Shown: piece by piece, positions 9,712-19,897 of the stretch
Layout of the letters: each line of letters opens with the position of its first letter
Numbering within the stretch: the stretch's first letter is position 1
From: an uncultured Ilumatobacteraceae bacterium
GTDB lineage: Bacteria; Actinomycetota; Acidimicrobiia; Acidimicrobiales; Ilumatobacteraceae
Reading direction: 5' to 3'
DNA length: 64,000 nt
Assembly (NCBI GenBank): GCA_964651825.1
Contig: CAZYWK010000003.1
Span: 12,143 to 76,142, forward strand
Translations under genes and position numbers: made by a program
The notes under the pieces: model-generated
Databases searched by the model: none
What the model saw: only the letters and a program-made list of their open reading frames with translations
What the model was told of the DNA's origin: nothing

Positions 9712-10320
9712 CTACGCACTCGACGACGACAGTGACGGGTAGGGGGGCTGGGTCGATTCGACGAGGCCGGGGTAGTCGAACGGGGTCAACGGCCGGTCGG
9801 TGAGCTCGCCGTTGCCGCGGGGCCACACCTGGTCCTCACCGTTGACGCGGATCTGCACGGCATCGACGTCGTCGATCGCCGTCGCGGTCATCACGATCTG
9901 CGCGACGGCGTTGCGCAGGTCGACGGCGTCGAGCTCGTCGAGTGCGTCGTTCACGTCGATGATCGACACGCGTCCGAGCGTCCGCTCGCTGATCAGCTCG
10001 AGATCGGTCGGGATCGCCGTGTCGAGATCGTCGGCGAGCTCGGCCGAGTTGGGGCCGGCAAACAATGCCCGAATCGCAGCCGACGTCGTGCCGACGTCAC
10101 GCATCACCGAGCGCAGCAACTGCTCGCCTCCGGGTTGGGGTGGCGCGAGCAGGAAGATGAGGGCCGATCCGCCCGCCTCTCCACCCGTCACCTCGTCGGC
10201 ACCGAACGCCCCTCGATCCTCCTCCGGGATGTCGCGAGGCGACGCGTCCGGCTGGATCGCGCAGCCGACGGCAAACAGCACCAACGTGAACAGGGCGGCG
10301 AGGACCCGTAGCGGCTTCAC
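9712..10320 (-). CDS. GerMN-domain lipoprotein, short LpqB-like
   Basis: 202 aa. Lipobox LFAVGC. Overlaps the histidine-kinase stop in the mtrA-mtrB-lpqB arrangement. Confidence 0.55.
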   Translation of the reverse strand: MKPLRVLAALFTLVLFAVGCAIQPDASPRDIPEEDRGAFGADEVTGGEAGGSALIFLLAPPQPGGEQLLRSVMRDVGTTSAAIRALFAGPNSAELADDLDTAIPTDLELISERTLGRVSIIDVNDALDELDAVDLRNAVAQIVMTATAIDDVDAVQIRVNGEDQVWPRGNGELTDRPLTPFDYPGLVESTQPPYPSLSSSSA

Positions 10321-11759
10321 TCGTCGAGCTCCGTCGTCATGAGCTCGATCACGAACCGCGCGCCGCTCTCGCCGTCGAGGCGGTCCTCCACCCAGACCCG
10401 CCCGCCATGCATGCGGACATGCTCGTCGACGAGCGCGAGCCCCAGCCCGGCGCCCTCGCTCCCGGTCCGCCGGCCGGCACCACCACCGCGGGCGAAGCGC
10501 TCGAACACGAGGTCGCGTTCGCTCGGCACCACGCCGGGACCGTGGTCCTCGACCGCGATCTGCAGGTGCGAGATCGGGTCATCGTCGTCGTCGACGATCA
10601 TCATCGTGACCTCCGGCTCTCCGCCGCCATAGGCGCGGGCGTTGTCGATGAGGTTCGCGATCACGCGGGCGAGGCGCCGCCGGTCGCCGCGGATCAACGC
10701 GTGCTCGGCCCGCTCGGACACCCGTACGGGCGTGGTCGGAACCGAACTGACCGCAACGGCCTGGCGGACGAACTCGGCCGCCATCAACTCCTCGAGGTGG
10801 AGGCGGATCGCGCCGGCGTCGAAGCGGGAGATCTCCAGGAGGTCCTCGACGAGCCCCTGGAACCTCACCACGTCGCTGGACAGGAGATCGAGGGCCGCCT
10901 GGGCTCGTTCGGGCATCTCGTCGCGGCGGGCCTCCATCACCTCGACCGACGCGGCGAGCGTCATGAGCGGTGAGCGGAGCTCGTGGCTCACGTCGGAGGC
11001 GAAACGGGCGTCGCGCTCGACTCGCTGTTGCAGGGCTTCGGCCATGTCGTTGAACGACTCGGTCAGCACCCGCAGGTCAGGATCGTCCGACGTCTCGAGC
11101 CGCGTGTCGAGCCGGCCGCCGGCGATCGAGGACGCAGCTTGGGCGGCCGTCGCCACCGGACGGACCGCGCGGCGGGCGGCGAAGATCCCGAGCAGGATGC
11201 CGAGCAGGATCGAGATGAGCGCGGCGAACAACAATGACAGTCGCACGCTGGCCAGGGTCGTCTCGGCCTCGTCGAGCGGGACGAACTCGAAATACGCGCC
11301 GACGCCCGGCACGTCCCACCCCACGACGATGTTCAACTCGTCGCCGACGAGTACGACCTGGCTGCCCGGTTCGCCTTCGTCGAGCACCTTCGTGCGCAAC
11401 TCGGTCGGCAGCGCATCCGGGTCGCTCGACGCCGAGCCACCGATCCAGCCGTTGCGGTATCGGATCAGGTAGTTCTGCACGCCGGTGCGGTTCAACGAGT
11501 CGCGCGCGCTTTCGGCCGTGGCGGGATTCGACCGCAGGTCGCGCTCGACGCCTTGCGCGTTGCGCAGCGAGGTGCTCACCGCGGTGTCGATGCGCTGCTG
11601 GATCAGGTTCGACTTGGTCAGGCCGTAGGTCGTCAAGGCCAGGAAGAGCGACAACGCGATCGAGCCGAGCAGGAACGTGAGCAGGATTCGGCGACGCACA
11701 CCCAGCTTTGCCGGACGGGATCGGTTGGCAAGGCGACGGAGCGGGCCGCCGTCGGTCAC
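10317..11759 (-). CDS. mtrB: two-component sensor histidine kinase, MtrB-like
   Basis: Trimmed to the GTG that forms a GTGA overlap with the regulator stop. Two TM segments, HAMP domain, H-box SHELRSPL, and G-boxes GPGV/GAGLGL. Confidence 0.8.
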   Translation of the reverse strand: MTDGGPLRRLANRSRPAKLGVRRRILLTFLLGSIALSLFLALTTYGLTKSNLIQQRIDTAVSTSLRNAQGVERDLRSNPATAESARDSLNRTGVQNYLIRYRNGWIGGSASSDPDALPTELRTKVLDEGEPGSQVVLVGDELNIVVGWDVPGVGAYFEFVPLDEAETTLASVRLSLLFAALISILLGILLGIFAARRAVRPVATAAQAASSIAGGRLDTRLETSDDPDLRVLTESFNDMAEALQQRVERDARFASDVSHELRSPLMTLAASVEVMEARRDEMPERAQAALDLLSSDVVRFQGLVEDLLEISRFDAGAIRLHLEELMAAEFVRQAVAVSSVPTTPVRVSERAEHALIRGDRRRLARVIANLIDNARAYGGGEPEVTMMIVDDDDDPISHLQIAVEDHGPGVVPSERDLVFERFARGGGAGRRTGSEGAGLGLALVDEHVRMHGGRVWVEDRLDGESGARFVIELMTTELDE

Positions 11760-12439
11760 GTCTGGAGCCGGTAGCCGAGCCCGCGGACGGTCACCACGTG
11801 GCGCGGGTTGGCCGGGTCGGCCTCGACCTTGGTGCGCAGCCGGCGGACGTGCACGTCGACCAGGCGACCGTCGCCGAAGTAGTCGTAGCCCCACACCTTG
11901 TCGAGCAGCGCCTCACGGCTCAGTACCTTGCCGGGACTCTCGGCCAGCTCGCACAGCAGCCGGAACTCGGTCTTGGTGAGGTGCACCTCGTTGCCGTCGC
12001 GCAGCACCTTGCCCTCGTCGGGAATCAGTTCGAGGTCGCCGAACGCGAGCCGCTGGTGCTGACCCGTGATGCTCGGGCGGATGCGTCGCAGCAGCGCCCG
12101 GATACGGGCCGACAGCTCCTTCGGCGCGAACGGTTTGGTGAGGTAGTCGTCGGCACCGGCTTCGAGGCCGGCCACCACGTCGTGGGTGTCGTTGCGGGCG
12201 GTGACCATCACGACCGGCACGTCGCTCGTACGGCGCAGCGTGCGGCAGAGCTCGAAGCCGTCCATGCCCGGCAGCATGATGTCGATCAGCACGACATCGG
12301 GCGGCGTGCGGTGGAACATCTCGATGGCCGCCTCGCCGCTCTCGGCCTCGTCGACGGTCCAACCCTCGTCCTCGAGGGCCAGCTTCACCGCCGAACGGAT
12401 GCGCTCGTCGTCCTCGACGGCCAGGATGCGTGTACCCAC
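11756..12439 (-). CDS. mtrA: OmpR-family response regulator, MtrA-like
   Basis: 227 aa. Receiver domain (DVVLIDIMLPGMDG) plus a winged-helix C-terminus (TVRGLGYRL). Confidence 0.9.
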   Translation of the reverse strand: MGTRILAVEDDERIRSAVKLALEDEGWTVDEAESGEAAIEMFHRTPPDVVLIDIMLPGMDGFELCRTLRRTSDVPVVMVTARNDTHDVVAGLEAGADDYLTKPFAPKELSARIRALLRRIRPSITGQHQRLAFGDLELIPDEGKVLRDGNEVHLTKTEFRLLCELAESPGKVLSREALLDKVWGYDYFGDGRLVDVHVRRLRTKVEADPANPRHVVTVRGLGYRLQT

Positions 12440-12487
12440 GCCCCCAATGATGCCCCATCCGCAGCCCGATCGGCGTGCACGGGCAGA

Positions 12488-13312
12488 TCAGCGGACAGTT
12501 GTGGACTCGATCAGCTCGCGCAGCTCGGCGTGGACGCCGGCACCGGCGACCACGACGCCGGTCGTCGAAGGGCGCTGCCCGGCCAGGTCGGTGGTGACCG
12601 CACCGGCCTCCGCGGCGATCAGGACGCCGGCGGCGAGGTCCCAGGTGTTGAGGTACTCCTCGAAGTACGCGTCGAGGCGCCCACAGGCCACCAGGCACAG
12701 ATCGAGGGCGGCCGAACCGTACCGCCGGACGTCGCGCACGAGCGGCACCATCGCGGCGACCCGCGCCCCCTGCGCGCGGCGGCGTTCGGGGAGATAGCTG
12801 AACCCGGTCCCGACGAGCGTCATCGACAGCGACGACGGCGCCGACACGGCGACGGGCGCGCCGTTGAGCGTGGCGCCGAGGCCCCGCGCCGCTGAGAACA
12901 TCTCGTCGAGCACCGGGGCGTACACCGCCCCGGCGACCGACCCTTCCACATCGACCGCGGCCACCGACGTGCACCACATCGGCAGGTCGTAGACGAAGTT
13001 GACGGTCCCGTCGATCGGGTCGAGGTGCCAGTCGATGCCGGAGGTCCCCACGACGTCGGCGCCCTCCTCACCGACGATCCCGTCGTCGGGCCGAACTCGC
13101 CGGAGCTCGCTCACGATGGTCGCCTCGGCCGCCCGGTCGAACTCGGTCACCGGATCGGTCGCGGTCGACTTCGTGTCGTGCGCCGCGGGCTGGCCGGCCC
13201 TGATCGAACGGCGGCCCGCCAGCGCGGCGTTGCCAGCGGCCCGCGCCAACTCCTCGGCGAGCGCCCGCAGCTCGGCCGGATCGTGGCTGGTCCGGCGGTC
13301 GGTGATCACCAT
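12488..13312 (-). CDS. inositol monophosphatase family protein
   Basis: Motifs LDPIDGTVNF and WDLAAG. Start set at the ATG within ATGGTGA, which overlaps the upstream stop. Confidence 0.8.
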   Translation of the reverse strand: MVITDRRTSHDPAELRALAEELARAAGNAALAGRRSIRAGQPAAHDTKSTATDPVTEFDRAAEATIVSELRRVRPDDGIVGEEGADVVGTSGIDWHLDPIDGTVNFVYDLPMWCTSVAAVDVEGSVAGAVYAPVLDEMFSAARGLGATLNGAPVAVSAPSSLSMTLVGTGFSYLPERRRAQGARVAAMVPLVRDVRRYGSAALDLCLVACGRLDAYFEEYLNTWDLAAGVLIAAEAGAVTTDLAGQRPSTTGVVVAGAGVHAELRELIESTTVR

Positions 13313-13587
13313 GGCGCGTGCCCGGCGTTGGCACGGTCTTCGATCTCGCGCCATTCACCCATCGCCCGCATCACCAGGACGGCGACGATCGCCGTACCGA
13401 CGGCTGCACCGACGGCGCCGACGAACAGGCCGATCCCGATCGGCAGCCCACAGTCGCCGTCGCACTGCAGTTTGACCAGCGACGCGCCGATCATCCCGCC
13501 GGCGAACCCGGCGACGAGGATCGCCACGAACGCCGCCACCCGCACCCCGACCGACGGCAGTGCCGACAGTGATCCCTGCTCATCCAT
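13306..13587 (-). CDS. small membrane protein, unknown function
   Basis: 93-aa C-terminal part of ORF 13306..13908. It has two hydrophobic helices and a CDGDCG motif. The N-terminal part of that ORF looks non-coding. Confidence 0.4.
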   Translation of the reverse strand: MDEQGSLSALPSVGVRVAAFVAILVAGFAGGMIGASLVKLQCDGDCGLPIGIGLFVGAVGAAVGTAIVAVLVMRAMGEWREIEDRANAGHAPW

Positions 13588-13644
13588 CGCCGAGGATCGT
13601 ACCCATCGTCCGAAATCTTTCCGGGCGCTGGGCAGACTGGGCGA

Positions 13645-14943
13645 GTGACGTCGGATCGTGCTCGCCCAGCTCGGGGCCGGGCGGCGCGGACGATCCTGCA
13701 CGCCGACATGGATGCCTTCTTCGTGTCGGTCGAGCTGCGGCGCCGGCCGGAGCTCGCCGGGCGTCCGGTGGTGGTCGGGGGGACCGGTCCTCGCGGCGTG
13801 GTCGCGGCGGCGTCGTACGAGGCTCGCCGATACGGCGTCCGGTCGGCGATGCCGTCGGCGATCGCCCGGCGGCGGTGCCCGGACGCCGTGTTCCTCGCCG
13901 GCGACCACGAGTTGTACGGGTCGGTCAGCCGTGAGGTGCGGGCGATCTTCGATCGCTTCACGCCGTTCGTCGAACCGCTCTCGCTCGACGAGGCGTTCCT
14001 CGACGTGACCGGCTCGATCGGGCTGTTCGGCGACGGCGTCGCGATCGCCCGTGCAATCCGTACGGCCGTGCGCGATGACCTCGACCTGGGCTGCTCGGTC
14101 GGAGTGGCGCCGAACATGTTCCTCGCCAAGCTCGCCTCGGTCGAGGCCAAGCCCGTCGCGCGACCTGATGGCATCGAGCCAGGACCGGGTGTCGTCGCGG
14201 TCGAGCCCGGCAGCGAGCAGGAGTTCCTCGACCGCCTGCCGGTGTCACGCCTGTGGGGAGTCGGGCCCGCCACGCTGGACAAGCTCCAACGTCTCGGGGT
14301 CTCGCGCGTGCGTGAGCTGCGCGCCGTCGACGTCGACCTGCTGGTCGCCGCGCTCGGCTCGGCGCAGGCCCGCCACCTCGCCGCGCTCGCCGTCGGTCAC
14401 GACGACCGCCAGGTCGAGACCGACCGCTCGGCCAAGTCGATCGGCCACGAAGAGACGTTCCCGACCGACAAGTTCACCGCCGACGAACTCGATCGTGAGC
14501 TCGTCCGGCTGGCCGACGGTGTCGCCCGCCGCTTGCGTGCCGCGGACGTCGGCGCCAGGACCATCCAGCTCAAGATCCGCTTCGGCGACTTCACCACGAT
14601 CACCCGGGCAGCTACCGGCCCGGACGCCCTCGATCTGGCCCCGGACATCCTGGCGGTCGCTCGTCCCCTGCTGGCGGCCATCGACACCAGTCCCGGGGTG
14701 CGCCTGCTCGGCATCAGCGGGTCGAACCTCGGGTCGGCGGCACGCCAGCTGACCTTCGACGACGCCGCCGACGAGGCCCCCAACTGGGCCGACGCGACCG
14801 ACGCCCTCGACGAGATCCGGGAGCGCTTCGGGGCGACGGCGATCGGGCCGGCGAGTGCGCTGGAACCCGGCGGGCTACGGGTGGTGCGCCCAGGGGCGCA
14901 GCAGTGGGGCCCCGATCAACGGCCGCGGGGAGACTCGACGTGA
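13645..14943 (+). CDS. dinB: DNA polymerase IV (Y-family)
   Basis: 432 aa. ILHADMDAFFVSVE and LSLDEAFLDV catalytic motifs. Confidence 0.9.
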   Translation: MTSDRARPARGRAARTILHADMDAFFVSVELRRRPELAGRPVVVGGTGPRGVVAAASYEARRYGVRSAMPSAIARRRCPDAVFLAGDHELYGSVSREVRAIFDRFTPFVEPLSLDEAFLDVTGSIGLFGDGVAIARAIRTAVRDDLDLGCSVGVAPNMFLAKLASVEAKPVARPDGIEPGPGVVAVEPGSEQEFLDRLPVSRLWGVGPATLDKLQRLGVSRVRELRAVDVDLLVAALGSAQARHLAALAVGHDDRQVETDRSAKSIGHEETFPTDKFTADELDRELVRLADGVARRLRAADVGARTIQLKIRFGDFTTITRAATGPDALDLAPDILAVARPLLAAIDTSPGVRLLGISGSNLGSAARQLTFDDAADEAPNWADATDALDEIRERFGATAIGPASALEPGGLRVVRPGAQQWGPDQRPRGDST

Positions 14944-15008
14944 GGCTCGAGCAGACCGTTACTGACCACCGCGTTGAGAAAGGCCTCGGAACGTGCGATG
15001 ATGAGCCT

Positions 15009-15341
15009 GTGCCTCTGTCCGAGGAAGAGCAGCGAATCCTTCGCCAGATCGAGCAGGAGCTCGAGCAGGACCCGACGTTCGCGCAACGTGGGTACCGGGT
15101 TTCGCGTCGCCGGTCAGCGGTGCTGGTCCTCGGCCTGATCGGCGGGTTGGCGCTCACGATCGGCGGATTGGCGTTGAACTTCCTGTTCGCGTTCGGAGGT
15201 TTCCTGCTGGTCCTCGTCGTCGCGCTGATGCTCGAATCCGAGCTCCGGCTCCTCGGCCGCGAGCGGCTCGGACAACTGCCGATCTCCGCGTGGCTCAGCG
15301 GCAAGCGCCACACGGGCGTCGACGACGACGCCACTCGCTGA
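15009..15341 (+). CDS. DUF3040-like small membrane protein
   Basis: PLSEEEQRILRQIEQEL N-terminus followed by two TM helices. Trimmed to the GTG at 15009 to avoid overlap with dinB. Confidence 0.6.
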   Translation: MPLSEEEQRILRQIEQELEQDPTFAQRGYRVSRRRSAVLVLGLIGGLALTIGGLALNFLFAFGGFLLVLVVALMLESELRLLGRERLGQLPISAWLSGKRHTGVDDDATR

Positions 15342-15349
15342 CCGTCCGC

Positions 15350-17665
15350 CTACCTCCAGGTCGTGAAGTAGCGGCGGACCCGCACGGACCTCGACAGGGA
15401 ATCGGTGACGGAGCGCTCGACCTGCCGGGCCCAGTGGGCGCTGTCACGCAGCTTGCTGTTGCCGTAGGCGCCCACGTCGTCGAGACCGTCCGCGCCGTCG
15501 GGTGAGTACGTCACGAACGTCACCATCTCAGCGAGGGAATGGATCGGCCGAGACACGATCGGGAACAGGCGGACCGCACTGTCCGCCGTCTGGGCAGGGG
15601 TCTCGGAGGCGACGATCGGCACATGGACCAGTCGCAGCGCATCGATGGCCCGCTCCCAGTTGTTCGCCAACTGGTCGGCCGGCGAGCGACCCGGTCGTCG
15701 GCGCACGCGACGCACGACCGCCGGCGCCGCGATCGCCGCGCCGGCCAGGGCCAGGATGCCGAGCGGAACCCACGGCGACGACGAGTCCGAAGGTGGGGCG
15801 GCGTCCGTGGGGACGGCTGCGCCGTCTGTGCCGGTGAGGTCCTGTTCGCTGTCGGGCAGTCGGGGGATCGTCGTGGTCGCCGAGGTGGCCGCGGTCCCGA
15901 CCGGGACGTCCGATTCGCCGGGCTCGCCGGCGTCGGCATCCCCCGACGCGGGACCGTCCTCCTGGGCCGGTGCGACACCGGTGTAGACCTCGGTGCCCGG
16001 CGCTCCGCGCCCTGGCGTCGGTTCGAACAGCACCCAGCCGAGCTCGTCGAACCAGACCTCGGGCCACGCGTGCGCGTTGCGCCCGGCGACCGAATACGAG
16101 TTCCCGCCGATGGACCGCCCCGACGTGAAGCCGATGGCGACCCGGGCGGGGATGCCGAGGGACCGCATCATCGCCGCGTACGTGCCGGCGAACTGCTCGC
16201 AGTAGCCGACCCGGTCGCGCAGGAAGCCCCGGATCGCGGAATTCCCGTGTCCTGGCTGAACCTGGAGGCTGTAGGTGAACTCTGCCTTGAACCAGTTCTG
16301 CAGCGCCAGCGCGGCCTCGTAGGTGCTGGTGGCGTCGGCGGTGATCTCGCTGGCCAGGGCGGCGGCCTCCTCCGGGAAGTCGTCCGGCAGCTCGAAGTAC
16401 ATCGCGTCACCGGGATCGAACGACGTCGCGGCGGTGAGCGACTCGGGGCTGAATCTGGGTGGCGCCGAGGTGAACTCGAACACGTCGCCCGGGGTCAGAT
16501 CATCGTTGGCGCTCGACGCGCTGGACGACGCGTGGTCGTAGCGCAGGGGGACGGAACCGGATGCGGCGATGGCGTCGGGCGCCGCGGGCACGTACGAACC
16601 GGCGAGCCCGACGATGCGCACCTGCTGGCGGATCGTCGGGTCGGTGCGCTCGGCGGTGGCGGGAGGCGCTTCGAGGTCGCGCTCGGGCGTGCGCCAGATC
16701 CGCCCGTCGAACTCGGCGAGTGTCGTCGCGCGCCAGTACGACTCCTCGGTCGCGGTGACGACGATCATCTCGAGGTCGCGCTGGTTGGTGAGCCGCGAAC
16801 GGATGTCGACGAGCGGGCTCAGAGCCGACCGGTCGGAGTCGCCGCCTCCGCGCGTGTCCAGCAGCGGCTCGGACGTCGCCCCCGGCACCCTCGATCCGGC
16901 GGCACCCGCGATGAGCGCGATCGCGGTCGCGATGACCAGTGCCTGAGTGACGACCCGCGGCGCGCCGCGAGTGACGTCGGTGATCCCTCCGGGGGCATGG
17001 TGGGCGCGGAGCAGCACGGTGGCGACCACGCCGGCGCCCACGAGCAGCGCGCTGATCGCGACGCGGAGGCGTTCGTCGCCGAGCGCCGCGACGAACACGA
17101 ACAGGACGCCGCCGGGAACGAGTGCTTCGGCACGCGCCATCGCTCCGAACGCGAACGCATCGGCCAGCACGACCGCCAGTGCCAGGCCGATCGCCGCGAG
17201 CACATCCCACCCGCCGCCGTCGACCACCGGTGCCACAGCGACATGGAACTGCTCCCGCACGAGATCGATCTCGGCGCTGAAGAGGTTCCACGTCTCGCTC
17301 GTGGGAAGGCCCCACGAGTAGGTCGAGCCGTAGTAGATGAGCCCGAGCGTCCAGATCACGGCCACGCTGACGAGCGGGATCGACGCCCAGGGGGGCATTC
17401 CCACCCGGCGCGTGACGAGCCCGGTGCCGTGCCCGACCAGCACCAGGACGAGCAGGCCGTCGAAGAAGTCCCAACCGGTGAACACGCGCGCGAAGCCGGC
17501 GGCGACGACGGCGGAGAACAGTACGAGCCCGACGGTGGCGAGGACGTCGGAGGTGAGCGACTTGGCGACGCGTTCCGGGGCGGCCGGACGCGCCGGGGTG
17601 ACGAAGGCCGGAGCTGCCTCGGGCGGCCCCGCCGAGGGCGGGGCGGGAGCGTCGATCACCGTCAC
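15350..17665 (-). CDS. transglutaminase-domain membrane protein (TgpA-like)
   Basis: Multi-TM N-terminus. Transglutaminase core YCEQFAG...HAWPEVW...FEPT. GTGA overlap with the DUF58 stop. Confidence 0.85.
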   Translation of the reverse strand: MTVIDAPAPPSAGPPEAAPAFVTPARPAAPERVAKSLTSDVLATVGLVLFSAVVAAGFARVFTGWDFFDGLLVLVLVGHGTGLVTRRVGMPPWASIPLVSVAVIWTLGLIYYGSTYSWGLPTSETWNLFSAEIDLVREQFHVAVAPVVDGGGWDVLAAIGLALAVVLADAFAFGAMARAEALVPGGVLFVFVAALGDERLRVAISALLVGAGVVATVLLRAHHAPGGITDVTRGAPRVVTQALVIATAIALIAGAAGSRVPGATSEPLLDTRGGGDSDRSALSPLVDIRSRLTNQRDLEMIVVTATEESYWRATTLAEFDGRIWRTPERDLEAPPATAERTDPTIRQQVRIVGLAGSYVPAAPDAIAASGSVPLRYDHASSSASSANDDLTPGDVFEFTSAPPRFSPESLTAATSFDPGDAMYFELPDDFPEEAAALASEITADATSTYEAALALQNWFKAEFTYSLQVQPGHGNSAIRGFLRDRVGYCEQFAGTYAAMMRSLGIPARVAIGFTSGRSIGGNSYSVAGRNAHAWPEVWFDELGWVLFEPTPGRGAPGTEVYTGVAPAQEDGPASGDADAGEPGESDVPVGTAATSATTTIPRLPDSEQDLTGTDGAAVPTDAAPPSDSSSPWVPLGILALAGAAIAAPAVVRRVRRRPGRSPADQLANNWERAIDALRLVHVPIVASETPAQTADSAVRLFPIVSRPIHSLAEMVTFVTYSPDGADGLDDVGAYGNSKLRDSAHWARQVERSVTDSLSRSVRVRRYFTTWR

Positions 17666-18837
17666 GTGCGCGCCGCCTCCGGTGACCGCGCCGCCGCCAC
17701 GTCGAGACGGCCACGACCCAACAGCGCGTTCCACGAGCCGACGAACTCGACGTCGGTGCGCGCGGTGACGTGGAGCGCGCCGCTGCCCCCGGCCTCGGTG
17801 CACACCACCACGACCGTCTGAGTCGGATCGACGAGGCCGCTCGTCGCGCGCGCTGCCGCCCCGCCGGGTTCGGAACCGATCGCGATCAGCAGGCCCAGTC
17901 CGTCGCCGGGATCGTGCTCGACGGCACCGAGGCCGGCCGGCGTCAGTTCGAGCCGGGCGAGATGACGCAGCGTGTGCTGCGCCACATCGGGACCGCGCAG
18001 GTCGACCCCGTCGCCCGTCACGAACCGGGTCGTCAACCCGGCCCGGTCGGCGCTGTGCACGAGGCTCGCCGCGGCTGTGACCGCGCGCTCGAATCCGTCC
18101 GGTTCGTCATATCCGGCCTCGGAGGCGTCGAGCACGACGGTGCAGCGCCGGAGACCCTCGGTCGTGTGCTCCTTCACGAGCAGTTGCTCCGAACGCGCCG
18201 AGGCCTTCCAGTGGATCGATCTGGGCTCGTCGCCGTCGACGTACTCCCGTAACCCGTGGAACTCGCCGGGTCCGAGGCGGCGAGCCATCGCAAGCAACTG
18301 CGTGCCGAGCGTGCCTTGACCGAGTTGGGGCATGTCGAGCAGGAACGACAGCGGGGCGACGAAGACCTCGTCGACGTCGAGCAACATCGTGCGGGTCCGG
18401 GCGATCCCGAGCGGGTCGCGGTGCTCGACCATCAGCGGGCCGAGCCGAACGATGCCGCGGGCCGCGGTGGTCAGCTCGTAGCCCGTCGTGGTGAACGCCC
18501 GGCCCGACATCGACGGCACCGGCAGGCGGGCGACGTAGGCGGTGGCGCGAGGCCGCACGACCGTCTCGGAGAGCTCGAACGACACCGACGGGACCGTGGC
18601 GAGGTGCTCGATGCGGATGTCGACGCGGCCGACGTCGCCGGCGACCATCACCGTCGGGTGGATCCACCGCCCGCCGCTGAGCCGGGGGCGGCGCACGATC
18701 ACCAGCACGAGCGCCACGATGACGGCGGCGAAGAAGCCCACCCCGATCACGAACAACTCCAGGATGCCGAACACACGGGCGACGACGATCGACACCGCGC
18801 CCGCAGCGATCGCGACCCAGCCGTGTCGAGTGATCAT
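17662..18837 (-). CDS. DUF58-domain protein
   Basis: 391 aa from an internal ATG. Two N-terminal TM helices. Sits between MoxR and the transglutaminase. REYVDGDEPRSIHWKASAR motif. Confidence 0.8.
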   Translation of the reverse strand: MITRHGWVAIAAGAVSIVVARVFGILELFVIGVGFFAAVIVALVLVIVRRPRLSGGRWIHPTVMVAGDVGRVDIRIEHLATVPSVSFELSETVVRPRATAYVARLPVPSMSGRAFTTTGYELTTAARGIVRLGPLMVEHRDPLGIARTRTMLLDVDEVFVAPLSFLLDMPQLGQGTLGTQLLAMARRLGPGEFHGLREYVDGDEPRSIHWKASARSEQLLVKEHTTEGLRRCTVVLDASEAGYDEPDGFERAVTAAASLVHSADRAGLTTRFVTGDGVDLRGPDVAQHTLRHLARLELTPAGLGAVEHDPGDGLGLLIAIGSEPGGAAARATSGLVDPTQTVVVVCTEAGGSGALHVTARTDVEFVGSWNALLGRGRLDVAAARSPEAART

Positions 18838-18841
18838 CTGG

Positions 18842-19840
18842 TCATTGGGCGATCGGGACCGGCACGGCCTCGAACACCTCGCTGATCGCATCGGTCGGCG
18901 ACAGGTGCGCGCTCCGGTCGGCGCGCATCATGATCCGGTGGCTGAGGGTGGCGAGGCCCACCGCCTTCACGTCGTCGGGTGTGGCGTAGTTGCGGCCGCG
19001 AGCTGCAGCGTGGGCCCGGGCGCCGGCGGCGAGCTGCAACGTCGCCCGGGGCGACAGGCCGAGCTCGATGCCGGGGTGACGCCGGCTCGCCTCGGAGAGA
19101 TCGACGAGGTACGCCTTCAACGCGTTGGCGACGTAGATCGCGTTCACCGCCGCGATCATCCGCCGCACCTCGGTGATCGACACCACGGGCTCGAGCACGC
19201 GAAGGGCGCCGGCCGAACCCAGATTGTCGAGCATCTGGATCTCCGCTGTCCGTCCCGGGTACCCGATCGTGATGCGGAACAGGAACCGGTCGAGCTGGCT
19301 CTCGGGCAGGCGGTACGTCCCCTCCTGGTCGACGGGGTTCTGGGTGGCGATGACCATGAACGGCGCATCGAGCCGGCGGCTGACTCCGTCGGCGGTGATC
19401 TGACGCTCCTCCATCGCCTCGAGCAGCGCCGACTGCGTCTTCGGCGACGCACGGTTGATCTCGTCGGCCAGCACGATGTTGGCGAACAACGGGCCGGGCT
19501 CGAAGCGGAACGTCTCGGTCGAGCGCTGGTAGACGCTCACGCCGACGAGGTCGGTCGGGAGCAGGTCGGGTGTGAACTGGACTCGCTTCCACGTGCAGTC
19601 GATCGACGCGGCGAGCGCCTTGGCGAGGCTCGTCTTGCCGACGCCGGGCACGTCCTCGACGAGCAGGTGCCCCTCGGCGAGCAGGCACATGACGGAGAGC
19701 TCGATCGCTTCCAACTTGCCGTGCAGCACGGTGGCCACATTGGCGGTGATGGCGTCGAACAACTGTCCGAACGAGCGATCGGGCTGTTCGGCGGCCGACG
19801 TGGTCGGGGCCGACCCTGCTGCGGTGATTCCGGTGGTCAC
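18842..19840 (-). CDS. MoxR-family AAA+ ATPase
   Basis: 332 aa from an internal GTG. Walker A GVPGVGKT, Walker B VLADEINR, and ATQNP. Confidence 0.9.
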   Translation of the reverse strand: MTTGITAAGSAPTTSAAEQPDRSFGQLFDAITANVATVLHGKLEAIELSVMCLLAEGHLLVEDVPGVGKTSLAKALAASIDCTWKRVQFTPDLLPTDLVGVSVYQRSTETFRFEPGPLFANIVLADEINRASPKTQSALLEAMEERQITADGVSRRLDAPFMVIATQNPVDQEGTYRLPESQLDRFLFRITIGYPGRTAEIQMLDNLGSAGALRVLEPVVSITEVRRMIAAVNAIYVANALKAYLVDLSEASRRHPGIELGLSPRATLQLAAGARAHAAARGRNYATPDDVKAVGLATLSHRIMMRADRSAHLSPTDAISEVFEAVPVPIAQ

Positions 19841-19897
19841 CGGCCTGAGCGTAGACCCGCATGCCCGACTCGACGGATCGCCACTACCGTCGAGTCG

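Noticed and set aside
15539-17821. 760-aa plus-strand ORF
   Set aside because: It is antisense to the transglutaminase-domain gene, which carries the Cys-His-Asp core. It has no recognisable motifs.
15350-19840. MoxR - DUF58 - transglutaminase triad as a candidate novel system
   Set aside because: This three-gene arrangement is a widespread, already described conserved module in actinobacteria and other phyla. Nothing here is atypical apart from the divergent ROK neighbour.
18542-19897. N-terminal 452 aa of the 748-aa plus-strand ORF 18542..20788
   Set aside because: This part is antisense to the MoxR and DUF58 genes. Only the C-terminal 296 aa (from the ATG at 19898) resemble a ROK protein.
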